From an uncultured Eubacteriales bacterium (lineage in GTDB: Bacteria; Bacillota; Clostridia; Oscillospirales; Oscillospiraceae), in assembly GCA_905198835.1 (NCBI GenBank), contig CAJKDY010000001.1:150263-214262 (forward strand): a DNA stretch of 64,000 nucleotides, given 5' to 3'. A program made the position numbers and the translations under genes. Shown in pieces: positions 45,249 through 54,912 of this stretch; within the stretch, counting starts at the first letter, position 1; every line of letters begins with the position of its first letter. The notes under the pieces are model-generated. The model was given only the letters and a program-made list of their open reading frames with translations. It did no database searches and was not told where the DNA came from.

Positions 45249-47509
45249 GCGTTTCGCGCCGGGGGCTGTGGCTCTTTTCCGCCTTTTCCGGAGCCACCTT
45301 TTTGGCTGTTTACCTGCTGCCCGCGGCGTGGTGGGCGCCCCTGGGCCTGGGGCTGCTGGTCCCGGCGGGACTTTTTCTATGGAAGAGGCTCCGTGTCGGC
45401 GTTCTTTTCTGCCTGGGAGCGGCCGCGGCGCTATTGTGGTGCGGGGCCTTCCGGGCGGTATTTTTTGCTCCGGCAGAGGCCCTGGATGGACGTCGCTGCG
45501 CCGTCACCGCCGTGGTCAGCGAGAGCGCCCGGGCCACCGACTACGGCGCCTACATCCCCTGCTGGGTGACCGGGGAGGGGATGCCGGTCAAGGCCACCCT
45601 CTATGGCGACAAGGAACTGCTGGAGCTGAAGCCGGGAGACCGGGTCACCGCCGTTTGTGACTGCGCGCAGACCGCCTTGCAAGAGGAGAGCCGCTTTACC
45701 CCCGCCGCCTCCCGGGGCGTCTTTTTGACTCTGAGGCCACGGAGCGCTCTGGAGATCCAGCGGGTGGACGCCGTGCCCTGGTGGTGCGCGCCGACCTACT
45801 GGGGCCAGAAGCTCTCCGAGACCATACAGCGGGTTTTTCCGGACGACGTCTCCGGCTTGCTGGCGGCGCTGGTCACTGGGGACAAGACGGCTCTGGATCC
45901 GGGAGACCGCACCGACCTGGCCCGAGCGGGCATCGCCCATCTGGTGGCGGTCAGCGGGATGCATGTTTGCTTTCTGGTGAGCCTTTTGACGCTGTTTACC
46001 GGCCTGGACCCCCGCAGGAGGTTCTGGATCTGTATGCCGGTGGTGGTCTTCTTTGCCCTGGCCGTGGGGGCTACGCCCTCGGTGATGCGCGCTTGCATCT
46101 TCCAGCTGGCCTTTTTGCTGGCGGAGCTGACGGGTAGGGAGGAGGACAGCTGGACCACCATCACCGGAGCGCTGGCTCTTTTGCTGCTGCTGGACCCCTT
46201 CTCGGCGGGCAACGTGGGACTGCAGATGTCCTTTGCCGCGGTGATGGGCATTACGGTGGTGACGCCCCGGGCCTATGCCCGGCTCCGTGGCCTGCGGCTG
46301 CCGGGGGATGGGCAATGGGCCAGGCGGTGCAACTGGGCGCTGGCACGGCTGTGGCAGCTGTTTGCCGCGTCTTTGGGGGCCATGATCTTTACCGTGCCCC
46401 TGTCGGCTTGGTACTTCGGGACCATCTCCCTCTTCGCGCCGCTGACCAACCTTCTGGTTTTGCCGGTGGCCTCGGTACTCTTTGCCGGGGCGCTGCTGGT
46501 GGGCCTTTTGGGAATGCTCTGGAGCGGAGCGGCGGTATGGATCGGAGCCTTGCTGGCCTGGCTTGGGCGGTACGCGCTGGGGGTGGCTCGGGGCTTTTCC
46601 GGCTTTCCCTACTGCGCGGTCTCCTGCCAGGGGTATTACCCCGTCGCCCTGGCCGGGGGATACGCTCTGGCGCTTGTGGCCCTTTGCTGGCGAAGTCAGC
46701 GCCGCCGGGGCTGGGTTTTTCTGCTCTGCGGCCTTGCTATGGTCCTCTCCGCCGTAGGGGCCACCCGGTGGAGCTTTACAGCGCCACGTCTTACCCTGGC
46801 GGTGCTGGACGTGGGACAGGGCCAGAGCGTGGTGCTGCGTTCCCGGGGTGAGACTGCCCTGATCGACTGCGGCGGCAGCGGACAAAATGACGCCGGCGAC
46901 GTCTGCGCCAACTATCTGGCCGACCGGGGCGTGACCACGCTGGACACCCTGATCCTGACCCACTACCACACCGACCATACAAACGGTCTGGACGCCCTCT
47001 TTCGCCGCCTGAATGTCCGACAGCTGGTCCTGCCCCGCATGGATCGGGACCAGGAGACCCAGGCACACATCCTGGACCTGGCCCGGCGAGAGGAGGCGGA
47101 GATCACGTGGCTTTCAGAGGATACGGACCTTGCGCTGGGCGAAGCCGAATTGACGCTCTTCGCGCCCTTAGGCGACGGCGGGGCCAACGAAGAGGGGCTC
47201 AGTATCCGGGCCCGCTTGGGTGGATACGCCGCCCTTGTCACCGGTGATATGAACACCGCGGTGGAGCGGGCATTGGTGGACCATGCGGAGCTTGGCCAGT
47301 GCCAGGTGCTGGTGGCCGGGCACCACGGCTCCAACTACGCCTCCGGCGACGATCTTTTGAACGCCATCCAGCCCGAGACCGTCCTCATCTCCGTAGGGGA
47401 GAACTCTTACGGTCATCCGGGCGGCCAGACCCTGGCCCGTCTGGCCCAGCGCGGCGCGGACGTCCGCCGTACCGACCAGGAGGGCGTCCTCACCGTCCAG
47501 TTTCGCTGA
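45245..47509 (+). CDS. comEC: DNA internalization-related competence protein ComEC/Rec2 (polytopic membrane domain plus C-terminal metallo-beta-lactamase domain).
   Basis: The N-terminal two-thirds is hydrophobic with multiple TM segments. The C-terminus has LDVGQGQSVVLR...LIDCGGSG...LILTHYHTDHTNGL (MBL fold HxHxDH). The GTG start overlaps the pyrB stop, so the exact start is uncertain. Confidence 0.85.
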   Translation: MSVSRRGLWLFSAFSGATFLAVYLLPAAWWAPLGLGLLVPAGLFLWKRLRVGVLFCLGAAAALLWCGAFRAVFFAPAEALDGRRCAVTAVVSESARATDYGAYIPCWVTGEGMPVKATLYGDKELLELKPGDRVTAVCDCAQTALQEESRFTPAASRGVFLTLRPRSALEIQRVDAVPWWCAPTYWGQKLSETIQRVFPDDVSGLLAALVTGDKTALDPGDRTDLARAGIAHLVAVSGMHVCFLVSLLTLFTGLDPRRRFWICMPVVVFFALAVGATPSVMRACIFQLAFLLAELTGREEDSWTTITGALALLLLLDPFSAGNVGLQMSFAAVMGITVVTPRAYARLRGLRLPGDGQWARRCNWALARLWQLFAASLGAMIFTVPLSAWYFGTISLFAPLTNLLVLPVASVLFAGALLVGLLGMLWSGAAVWIGALLAWLGRYALGVARGFSGFPYCAVSCQGYYPVALAGGYALALVALCWRSQRRRGWVFLLCGLAMVLSAVGATRWSFTAPRLTLAVLDVGQGQSVVLRSRGETALIDCGGSGQNDAGDVCANYLADRGVTTLDTLILTHYHTDHTNGLDALFRRLNVRQLVLPRMDRDQETQAHILDLARREEAEITWLSEDTDLALGEAELTLFAPLGDGGANEEGLSIRARLGGYAALVTGDMNTAVERALVDHAELGQCQVLVAGHHGSNYASGDDLLNAIQPETVLISVGENSYGHPGGQTLARLAQRGADVRRTDQEGVLTVQFR

Positions 47510-47546
47510 CGCCTTACCACCCACCCCACGAAAGGAGGCCGCTTCC

Positions 47547-48578
47547 ATGCCGCCTAAAAAGCCCGATCAATCGGCCCTGAAGACGCTGAAGGCCCAGCTG
47601 AAGGAAAAAAACCTGGGCCAGCTCTACGTATTCCACGGCGAGGAGGCCTATCTTCGGGACTACTATTTGGATCGCATCCAGGAGCAGCTGCTGGCGCCGG
47701 GGACGGAGATCTTCAACTGTAAGCGCCTGGAGGGTAAGGACGTCACCGTGCGGGACGTGACCGCCGCCTGCGATTGCCTTCCCATGATGGCCCAGCGCAC
47801 GCTGGTGCTGGTGACGGATCTGGACCTTTTCAAGCTGGGGGAGGCTGACCGGGACGCGCTGATGGCTTACTTTGACGACCTCCCCGAGTACCTCTGCCTG
47901 GTTTTTGTCTACGATGTGATCCCCTATAAGCCCGACGCCCGCACAAAGCTGGCGGCCAGCTTGAAGGGTCACGGCCTGGTGGTGGAGTTCCCCCGCCAGG
48001 AGCAGGGGGACCTGGTGGACTGGATCGTCCGCCGTTTCAAGGCCACCGGCCATGACATCGACTCCGAGCAGTCCAAATACCTGATCTTCCTCTGCGGCGA
48101 TCTGATGCACAACCTGGCCAGCGAGATCGGTAAGATCGGAGCCTACGCCAAGCAACGGCGTATCACCCGCGCCGACATCGACGCCGTGGCCACCCGTCAG
48201 CTGGACGCGGTGGTCTTCCAGCTTACCGATCACCTGAGCGCGAAAAATTACGACAAGGCCATGGCCACCTTGTCAGACCTTCTCCATATGCAGGAGGTGC
48301 CCTACGTGATCCTGGCCGCCCTAGGTAAGTACCTGCGTCAGCTCTATGCCGCCCGGGTGGCTCTGGACAGCCGACACAACGCCGACGATCTGGCTGCTTT
48401 GTGGAAAATGCACCCCTATCCCGCCTCCAAGCTCATGTCCGCTGCCCAGCGGGTGAGCCTGAGCTGGTGCCGTCAGGCCCTGGAGGCCGCGGCCGCGGCG
48501 GATCTGGAGCTGAAGTCCACCGGCAACCGCCCTCAGGACGTGCTGACCGAGCTGGTGCTCACCCTGGCCCATGGATAA
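47547..48578 (+). CDS. holA: DNA polymerase III delta subunit.
   Basis: RBS AAAGGAGG is present. The N-terminal LYVFHGEEAYLRDYYLDRI delta-subunit signature is present. The position directly after comEC matches the conserved Firmicutes order. Confidence 0.75.
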   Translation: MPPKKPDQSALKTLKAQLKEKNLGQLYVFHGEEAYLRDYYLDRIQEQLLAPGTEIFNCKRLEGKDVTVRDVTAACDCLPMMAQRTLVLVTDLDLFKLGEADRDALMAYFDDLPEYLCLVFVYDVIPYKPDARTKLAASLKGHGLVVEFPRQEQGDLVDWIVRRFKATGHDIDSEQSKYLIFLCGDLMHNLASEIGKIGAYAKQRRITRADIDAVATRQLDAVVFQLTDHLSAKNYDKAMATLSDLLHMQEVPYVILAALGKYLRQLYAARVALDSRHNADDLAALWKMHPYPASKLMSAAQRVSLSWCRQALEAAAAADLELKSTGNRPQDVLTELVLTLAHG

Positions 48579-49182
48579 AAGAGCCATTCGCGAGGTCCTT
48601 TTGGTGGAGGGCAAGTACGATAAGAACACCCTGGCCCAGGTGGTGGACGCTTTCATTTTGACCACCGATGGCTTTGGCATTTTTAAAGATGCGGAAAAGA
48701 CCGAACTGCTCCGCCGCCTGGCCGCCCAGCGGGGCCTTGTGGTGCTTACCGATCCTGACGGCGCGGGTCTTGTCATCCGAAACTATCTGAAAAGCATCCT
48801 GCCCGCCGCACAGGTGAAGATGGCCTACGTCCCCGACATCCCCGGCAAGGAGCGCCGCAAGCGCGTTCCGGGCAAGGAGGGTAAGCTGGGGGTGGAGGGC
48901 ATGGATCCTGAGACGCTGCTCCGGGCCTTGGATAACGCTGGAGTCACCTGGGAGGACGGGGGAGAGCGCGTAAAGGCAAAAAACTTTACAAAAGCTCTTT
49001 TGTACGATCTGGGCCTGACCGGTACGCCCCAGGCTAAGGAGCGCCGCAGGCGGCTCCAGCGGGCGCTGGGCCTGCCGGAAAACCTATCGGCCAACGCGCT
49101 GATGGAAGTTTTGGACCTGACCACCACGCCGGATGAGGTGGAAAAAATTCTGGATTGCGAAGAGCGGGAGACTGTACTATAA
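48571..49182 (+). CDS. Toprim domain protein (ribonuclease M5 / DUF4093-like).
   Basis: LLVEGKYDKNTL...VVLTDPDGAGLVIRNYL matches the Toprim motifs (conserved Glu, DxD). It overlaps the holA stop by 8 nt. Confidence 0.55.
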   Translation: MDKRAIREVLLVEGKYDKNTLAQVVDAFILTTDGFGIFKDAEKTELLRRLAAQRGLVVLTDPDGAGLVIRNYLKSILPAAQVKMAYVPDIPGKERRKRVPGKEGKLGVEGMDPETLLRALDNAGVTWEDGGERVKAKNFTKALLYDLGLTGTPQAKERRRRLQRALGLPENLSANALMEVLDLTTTPDEVEKILDCEERETVL

Positions 49183-50411
49183 TTGGGACAGTCTATGGAT
49201 CGATTTGTGAGGTGGGGAACTTGGCAGACAAGCTGGGCGTCTATATACACATCCCCTTTTGTAAAAGCAAGTGCGCCTATTGCGACTTCTACTCTCTGGC
49301 GGGTCATGAGGAATGGCGGGAACGCTACGCCCAGGCGTTGCGGACCCATATGGATGAGACCGCGCCCCAGGCCCGGGACTACCGGGTAGACACGCTCTAC
49401 TTTGGCGGCGGCACGCCTCTTTTGCTGGGAGACAAGACTCTTTGCGAGACCTTGGCCTATGTGAAAAAGCGCTTTCGGGTAGACAAGGACGCGGAGATCA
49501 CCGTGGAGGCTAATCCCGACTCGGTGGACCTCAAGGCCCTCAAGCGTCTGCGCCGGGCCGGCTTTGATCGACTGAGTGTGGGGATGCAGTCGGCCAATGA
49601 CGCCGAGCTTGCCGCGGTGGGCCGGCCCCACGACTTTGCCCAGACCCGCCAGGCTGTGGCCTGGGCCCGTCAGGCCAAGTTCAAGAATCTCAGCCTGGAC
49701 TTGATCTACGGCCTGCCCGGTCAGACCATGGAAAGCTGGAAGGCCACCCTGGACCAGGCCGTGGCCCTGGAGCCGGAGCACATCTCCGGCTATGGGCTGA
49801 AGGTGGAGGAGGGCACGCCCCTTTTCCGGCGCGTGGCGGCGGGGGAGACCTTGCCTGACGACGACTTTCAGGCCGACGCCTACCTCTACATGGTGGAGTT
49901 TTTGGAGAAACAGGGCTACGAGCAGTATGAGATCTCCACCTTTGCCAAGCCCGGCTTTTGCTCCCGCCATAACCTGAAATACTGGCTCATGAAGCCCTAT
50001 CTGGGCTTTGGCCCCGGGGCCCACAGCGACTTTGGCCAGCGCCGCTTTTCCTTTGTCCGGGACCTGGAGGGCTATATCCAGGGGGTGGAGCAGGGGGGAC
50101 GGCTGCTGGACGAGGACCAGAGCATTCCTCACAGCGAGCGGGCCTCGGAATACCTGATGCTCCGGCTGCGCACCACGTTGGGTATTGAGGAGTGGGAGTA
50201 CAGAAGGGAATACTACATGGATTTTGAAGCGCTGACGCCGCTGCTGGCGGAATATGAGCGCCAGGGCTGGCTCTGCCGGCAGGACGCCCGCTGGCGGCTG
50301 ACGCCCGAGGGCTTTTTGCGCTCCAACCAGCTCATTGGACAGCTCCTGGAGCGGCAAGAGCGCTCCACGTTGCCCGCCACGCTGCGTTACCTGGACCGCG
50401 CCAAACGATAG
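49155..50411 (+). CDS. hemW: Radical SAM heme chaperone HemW (oxygen-independent coproporphyrinogen III oxidase-like).
   Basis: LGVYIHIPFCKSKCAYCDF (CxxxCxxC radical-SAM motif) and YFGGGTP are present. The start is uncertain: ATG 49155 overlaps the upstream gene, and an in-frame GTG at 49212 is an alternative. Confidence 0.8.
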   Translation: MRRAGDCTIIGTVYGSICEVGNLADKLGVYIHIPFCKSKCAYCDFYSLAGHEEWRERYAQALRTHMDETAPQARDYRVDTLYFGGGTPLLLGDKTLCETLAYVKKRFRVDKDAEITVEANPDSVDLKALKRLRRAGFDRLSVGMQSANDAELAAVGRPHDFAQTRQAVAWARQAKFKNLSLDLIYGLPGQTMESWKATLDQAVALEPEHISGYGLKVEEGTPLFRRVAAGETLPDDDFQADAYLYMVEFLEKQGYEQYEISTFAKPGFCSRHNLKYWLMKPYLGFGPGAHSDFGQRRFSFVRDLEGYIQGVEQGGRLLDEDQSIPHSERASEYLMLRLRTTLGIEEWEYRREYYMDFEALTPLLAEYERQGWLCRQDARWRLTPEGFLRSNQLIGQLLERQERSTLPATLRYLDRAKR

Positions 50412-50420
50412 GAGGAAGCT

Positions 50421-53400
50421 ATGACCCACCGCGCTGTTTCGCTTTTACTGATCTTTGCTCTGCTTTTTGCGCCCGCCGCCCTGGCCTCTCAGGCCCTGGG
50501 CTGGGAGCTTTACCAAACCGATACCGTGCTGGGCCCCGGCCTTAGCGTGTCCTCCCAGATCCTCTGGGGGGACAGCAAAAGCGACTACCGCCGGGAGCAG
50601 TACGCCACCTATACCCCTGGTCAGGGCACCCAGCCTGTGGTATGCTATGGCGCTACGGTGCCCTCCACCGCCACGCTGACCTCCATGGCCCACGGCCTGG
50701 AGGAGTATGGCTGCAGGGTGCTGGCCGGGGCCAACGGCGACTATTTCGTCATGGCCACCGGCGTGCCTCTGGGCATGGTGGTGAGCTACGGCATTCTGCG
50801 CTCCAGCTCTTCCTATCACTACGCCGTGGGCTTTGACGCCGACGGCAAGTGCTTTGTGGGCAAACCCCAGTTGAACATTACCGCCGCCTTTCACGGCTAT
50901 CAGCTGGCCGTCAACGGAGGCTACAACAAAAGCCGCACGGCTCAGGACGGCTACTTTTTGTATAGCGCCGACTTCGGCGCCTCCACCAAAGCCAGCGGCA
51001 GCGGGGTCAACGTGATCCTGCGGCCGGTGAGCATCCCGGAGGATTATGTAGAGCCCCAAAAGCCCGGTCCGGCCCCGGTGGAACCGGTACTGCCCGAGGG
51101 GCTGGACCCGGAGGCCATCCGGGCAGCCCTGGAGGGGCGGCCGGGCCCGGACGGTACGGTGGCGGAGGTCACCCAGGAGCAGCAGGACGCGCTGAACGCC
51201 TGGGAGGCCGCCCAGGCCCAGTATGCCCAGGAAAAGGCTGCCTGGGAACAGGCCATGGCCGATTGGAAGGCGGCGCTTGCCCAGTCGGCGGCGGGCCTTT
51301 CTGACGCGGAAGCGGCGCTTCGCATCGGCGGTAGCCTGGAGTGCGTCGTGGAGTCCGTTGTGGAGCAAAGCGGCGGGGTGAGCATCCCCCAGGGCCGCTT
51401 GGTGCTGTCCATCTCCAACAGTGGCGACAGCTTCCTGCGCGGCGAGGTACGAGATCTGATCCCCGGCGAGCGGCTGACGGTGTCGGTGTCCTCCCCGGAC
51501 GGACGCTGGAACAGCGCCTACACCGCCATGGGCGCTTATGAATACATCCTTCAAAACGGTCAGGTCCCCAGCGGGCTGGACCAGACTGCCGCCCCCCGGA
51601 CTGCCCTGGGCGTCAAGGCAGACGGCACCGTTTTGCTCTATACTCTGGATGGCCGCCGCGCCGGGCACAGCGTGGGGGGCAGCGTGAACCAGATTGCCAA
51701 GCGGCTCCAGGAGCTGGGCTGCGTGGAGGCCGTGCTGTTTGACGGCGGCGGGTCCACCACCTTCGGAACGACAGGGGCTTTGGATCAGAGCTTTGCCCTG
51801 AGCAACAAGCCCTCCGATGGCAGCCAGCGCTCAGTGAGCGACGCGCTGTTCTTTGTCTCTTCGCTGCAGCCAACCGGGGTGCTGGGCAGCGTCCATCTCC
51901 AGCCCCAGAGCGCTCTGATGCTTGCCGGGGCACGGCAGAGCCTGAGCGGCCTTGGCATTGACACCGGCTACTATCCCATGGCCGCCGAGCCGCTGAGCGG
52001 TCTTACCTATACCGTCTCCGGTCCCGGCAGTATGGAAGGGGACGTGTTCATCGCCGGATCGGAGAAGGGGATCGCCACCGTCACCGCCACGGCGGAAAAC
52101 GGCGCCGCCGGTACGGCCAGGATGACGGTGGTGGCGACTCCCGACGTGATCAACGTCACAGACGCCGCGGGAGGAAAAGTCACCTCTCTCGCCCTGGACC
52201 CGGGCCAGACCGCGGCCCTGAACGCCTCGGCCACATGGTATAAGCTGCCCCTCCTGGCCGACGACAGCTGCTTTACCTGGTCCCTGCCCGCTGAGCTTGG
52301 CACTGTGGACGCCTACGGCAACCTCACCGCCGGAGCCAAGGCGGGAGCGGGGACCCTCACCGTCACGGCGGGGGAGCGGAGCGTGTCCATCCCCATCACC
52401 GTCGGCGGGCATGTGAACACCCTGGAGAGTTGGGAGGACGCGGGCCATGTGCCCGCGCTAGAGAGCGGCAGCGCGGTGACGGCGGAGCTGTCCCGGGAGC
52501 AGGTACGCTATGGACTGTCTGCGTTAAAGGTGTCTCTGCCCGCCTGGGAGGACGGCCATCTGCCGCTGGACCTGCCAATAGAATTGGGAGAGAGCAACTT
52601 GAGCCTTTGGCTCTACGCTGATGTTGCTCCCCTGGCGGTGGAGGCGGAGCTGGAATTGACCGACGGCAGCGCGGCTACCGCGTCCTTTGCCATGCCGGAG
52701 AACGCGCAGGGCAGATGGAGCCGGCTTTGGGCAGCCTTGCCGGAAAACACCGCACGGCTCACCGGGCTCTCCTTCACCCCGGCGGAGGGCGCAAACCCGG
52801 GCACGGTCTACCTGGACCACTTTACCACCGCCAACGGCCCCATTACGGATAGCACCCCGCCCACGGTGAAGCTCAGCGCCCAAAACGGCCAGGTGACGGC
52901 CACCTTGTCCGACAACGTGGACAAGACCTTCTCACCGGAGAATCTCTCTCTGACCCTGGACGGCTGGAGCGTGGACTTCGCTCTCTCGGGCAGTACCCTC
53001 ACCGCCACCATTCCCACCGACAGTCTGCTCCACCGGGTCAGCCTCACCGTATCAGACGCCTCGGGCAACCAAAGGCGTGCCAGCGTGGAGCTGCGCCCCA
53101 CCGGGGACCGGGCCCTGCCCTTTGCCGATGTGGAGGGGCACTGGGCCAAGGACCATATCGTCTACCTCTACGACCAAGGCGTGACCAATGGCCGCCAGGC
53201 CGGAGATGGCAGCTTGGTCTTTGATCCCAACACCAACATTACAAGGGCGGAGTTTGCCACCATGCTGGCGAGGTGGCTGCGCGCTGACCTCACCGGCGGG
53301 GCGGGGGTGACGCTGCCCTTTGTGGACGACGGCGACATTCCCAGCTGGGCCCGCGGTGCGGTGGGCTATCTCTACCAGGCCGGGGTCATGACCGGTAGCT

Positions 53401-53663
53401 TAGAGGGAGATGGGCTTTACGCCAAACCCAATGATCCCATTACTCGCTGCCAGGCTATGACCATGCTGGGCCGCATCCAGCCCAAAGGCTTTGCCGTCCA
53501 GGAGACCGTCTTCGCCGACGACGGCGACATTCCCGCCTGGGCCAGAGACCATGTCTACACCCTGGCGGGACAGGGCGTGGTCAGCGGCTACGAGGGCCTG
53601 GTCCGGCCCCTGGACCCCATCACACGGGGCGAGGTGGCCAAGCTGCTGACCACCATGTGGTAA
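50421..53663 (+). CDS. Secreted SLH-domain protein with an N-terminal phosphodiester glycosidase (NAGPA-like) domain, Ig-like (Big_2-type) domains and three C-terminal SLH repeats.
   Basis: RBS GGAGGAAG is present. The signal peptide is MTHRAVSLLLIFALLFAPAALA. NAGPA-like motifs are AGANGDYF and AVLFDGGGSTTF. The SLH repeats are FADVEGHWAKDHIVYLYDQGV..., LPFVDDGDIPSWARGAVGYLYQAGV... and FADDGDIPAWARDHVYTLAGQGV... Confidence 0.8.
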   Translation: MTHRAVSLLLIFALLFAPAALASQALGWELYQTDTVLGPGLSVSSQILWGDSKSDYRREQYATYTPGQGTQPVVCYGATVPSTATLTSMAHGLEEYGCRVLAGANGDYFVMATGVPLGMVVSYGILRSSSSYHYAVGFDADGKCFVGKPQLNITAAFHGYQLAVNGGYNKSRTAQDGYFLYSADFGASTKASGSGVNVILRPVSIPEDYVEPQKPGPAPVEPVLPEGLDPEAIRAALEGRPGPDGTVAEVTQEQQDALNAWEAAQAQYAQEKAAWEQAMADWKAALAQSAAGLSDAEAALRIGGSLECVVESVVEQSGGVSIPQGRLVLSISNSGDSFLRGEVRDLIPGERLTVSVSSPDGRWNSAYTAMGAYEYILQNGQVPSGLDQTAAPRTALGVKADGTVLLYTLDGRRAGHSVGGSVNQIAKRLQELGCVEAVLFDGGGSTTFGTTGALDQSFALSNKPSDGSQRSVSDALFFVSSLQPTGVLGSVHLQPQSALMLAGARQSLSGLGIDTGYYPMAAEPLSGLTYTVSGPGSMEGDVFIAGSEKGIATVTATAENGAAGTARMTVVATPDVINVTDAAGGKVTSLALDPGQTAALNASATWYKLPLLADDSCFTWSLPAELGTVDAYGNLTAGAKAGAGTLTVTAGERSVSIPITVGGHVNTLESWEDAGHVPALESGSAVTAELSREQVRYGLSALKVSLPAWEDGHLPLDLPIELGESNLSLWLYADVAPLAVEAELELTDGSAATASFAMPENAQGRWSRLWAALPENTARLTGLSFTPAEGANPGTVYLDHFTTANGPITDSTPPTVKLSAQNGQVTATLSDNVDKTFSPENLSLTLDGWSVDFALSGSTLTATIPTDSLLHRVSLTVSDASGNQRRASVELRPTGDRALPFADVEGHWAKDHIVYLYDQGVTNGRQAGDGSLVFDPNTNITRAEFATMLARWLRADLTGGAGVTLPFVDDGDIPSWARGAVGYLYQAGVMTGSLEGDGLYAKPNDPITRCQAMTMLGRIQPKGFAVQETVFADDGDIPAWARDHVYTLAGQGVVSGYEGLVRPLDPITRGEVAKLLTTMW
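53121..53660 (+). other. Three SLH repeats (cell-wall anchor) of the NAGPA-like protein.
   Basis: Three ~55-aa repeats carry the SLH consensus and the conserved TRAEFA / TRCQAM / TRGEVA helices. Confidence 0.8.
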
Positions 53664-53691
53664 AGAGCGTACAGAGAGAGGAGGCTCCTCC

Positions 53692-54672
53692 ATGGCCAGG
53701 CAGAGCAATCAAAAAGGCAAGGTACTGTTGCTACTGGACTATCTCCAGCGGGAGACCGACGAGGACCATCCGGCCTCCACCGCCGACCTCCTGGCCTTTT
53801 TGTCCCAGCAGGGCGTCCGGGCCGAGCGCAAGAGCATCTACGCCGATCTGGACACCCTGGCCGCCTGGGGCTACGACGTCCAGCGCGTTCGGGGCCCCAA
53901 GGGCGGGGTCTATCTGGCCAGCCGGGACTTTGAGCTGGCCGAGCTGAAGCTGCTGGTGGACGCGGTGCAAGCAAGCCGCTTTATCACCGGCAAAAAGTCC
54001 GACGCCCTTATCGGCAAGCTCTCCCGGCTCACCTCCCGCCACCAGGCCAAGTCCCTCCAGCGGCAGGTCTTTGTAGGCGACCGGGTCAAGAGCATGAACG
54101 AGAGCGTCTATTATAGCGTAGACGCCATCCACACCGCCATCTCCGACGGTGTGATGGTGGCCTTTCGGTACTTTGACTACAATAGCCGCAAGGAAAAGGT
54201 CTTCCGCCATGAGGGGCGTGTCTACCGTGTAGCCCCCTATTGCCTTATCTGGGACAACGCCAACTACTATCTGGTGGGCCAGGTCCCCGGCGAGAGCGAG
54301 ACCCGACACTACCGGGTGGACAAGATGGCCCAGGTCACACCGACCCAGGATAAGGCCCAGACGCCTCAGAGCTTTGACTCGGCGGCCTATACGGCCCGGT
54401 ATTTCTCCATGTTCTCCGGCCGCTCCGCCAAAGTCAGGCTCCGCTGCCGGGAGAGCCTGGCCGGGGTCATCCTGGACCGCTTTGGCCGGGACGTGATGCT
54501 GGTCCCGGAGGGAGACGGCTTTACCGTTACCCTGGACGTGGTGGTCTCCCCACAATTCTGGGGCTGGCTGGCCGGCCTGGGTCCCGGCGCAAAGCTGCTG
54601 GAGCCGGAGTGGGCCGCCAAGGAGTACCGCCAGCACCTTCAAAGTCTGCTGGAGACAGGTGAAAAAGCATAA
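53692..54672 (+). CDS. WYL-domain transcriptional regulator (N-terminal HTH plus WYL ligand-binding domain).
   Basis: RBS GAGGAGG is present. There is an N-terminal wHTH (LLDYLQRETDEDHPASTADLLAFL) and a WYL core (YRVAPYCLIWDNANYYLVGQ). Confidence 0.75.
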   Translation: MARQSNQKGKVLLLLDYLQRETDEDHPASTADLLAFLSQQGVRAERKSIYADLDTLAAWGYDVQRVRGPKGGVYLASRDFELAELKLLVDAVQASRFITGKKSDALIGKLSRLTSRHQAKSLQRQVFVGDRVKSMNESVYYSVDAIHTAISDGVMVAFRYFDYNSRKEKVFRHEGRVYRVAPYCLIWDNANYYLVGQVPGESETRHYRVDKMAQVTPTQDKAQTPQSFDSAAYTARYFSMFSGRSAKVRLRCRESLAGVILDRFGRDVMLVPEGDGFTVTLDVVVSPQFWGWLAGLGPGAKLLEPEWAAKEYRQHLQSLLETGEKA

Positions 54673-54677
54673 GAAAA

Positions 54678-54714
54678 GTCCCCGCCCTCAAGGGCGGGGA
54701 CTTTTGCTATTTTG
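54678..54714. terminator. Bidirectional rho-independent terminator between the convergent WYL gene and the rubrerythrin/BFD operon.
   Basis: gtccccgccc-tcaa-gggcggggac has T-rich tracts on both strands (ttttgctattttg on plus, ttttcttatgcttttt on minus). Confidence 0.8.
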
Positions 54715-54722
54715 AAAGTGGT

Positions 54723-54899
54723 TTACTTCTTGAACTGCTCGATCAGCTCAGCCACCCGGTCCACGCAGCCGCCGCAGTGGGTGCCCGCGCCGGTGGCCTC
54801 CTGAACGGCCTCCAGGGTGGTCTTGCCAGATTCCACAGCGGCCTTGATATCGCCGATGGTGACGCCGCCGCAGAAGCACACAGTCTCGCTCAGATCCAT
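54723..54899 (-). CDS. Small BFD-like [2Fe-2S]-binding domain protein (58 aa). It is not in the supplied ORF track.
   Basis: The translation is MDLSETVCFCGGVTIGDIKAAVESGKTTLEAVQEATGAGTHCGGCVDRVAELIEQFKK. The Cx​C...CxxC spacing is typical of bacterioferritin-associated ferredoxin-like domains. RBS GGAGGAG lies 6 nt upstream, and the gene starts 13 nt after the rubrerythrin stop. Confidence 0.6.
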   Translation of the reverse strand: MDLSETVCFCGGVTIGDIKAAVESGKTTLEAVQEATGAGTHCGGCVDRVAELIEQFKK

Positions 54900-54912
54900 C
54901 TGATGCTCCTCC

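Noticed and set aside
45431-47068. 545-aa minus ORF and other overlapping ORFs (45268-45660, 46315-46851, 47514-48233, 48825-50429 minus, 50445-51668 minus, 53731-54642 minus) under comEC/holA/hemW/SLH/WYL genes
   Set aside because: They are overlapped by clearly homologous plus-strand genes with RBSs. Their translations are Arg/Pro/Gly-rich low-complexity sequence typical of off-frame high-GC DNA.
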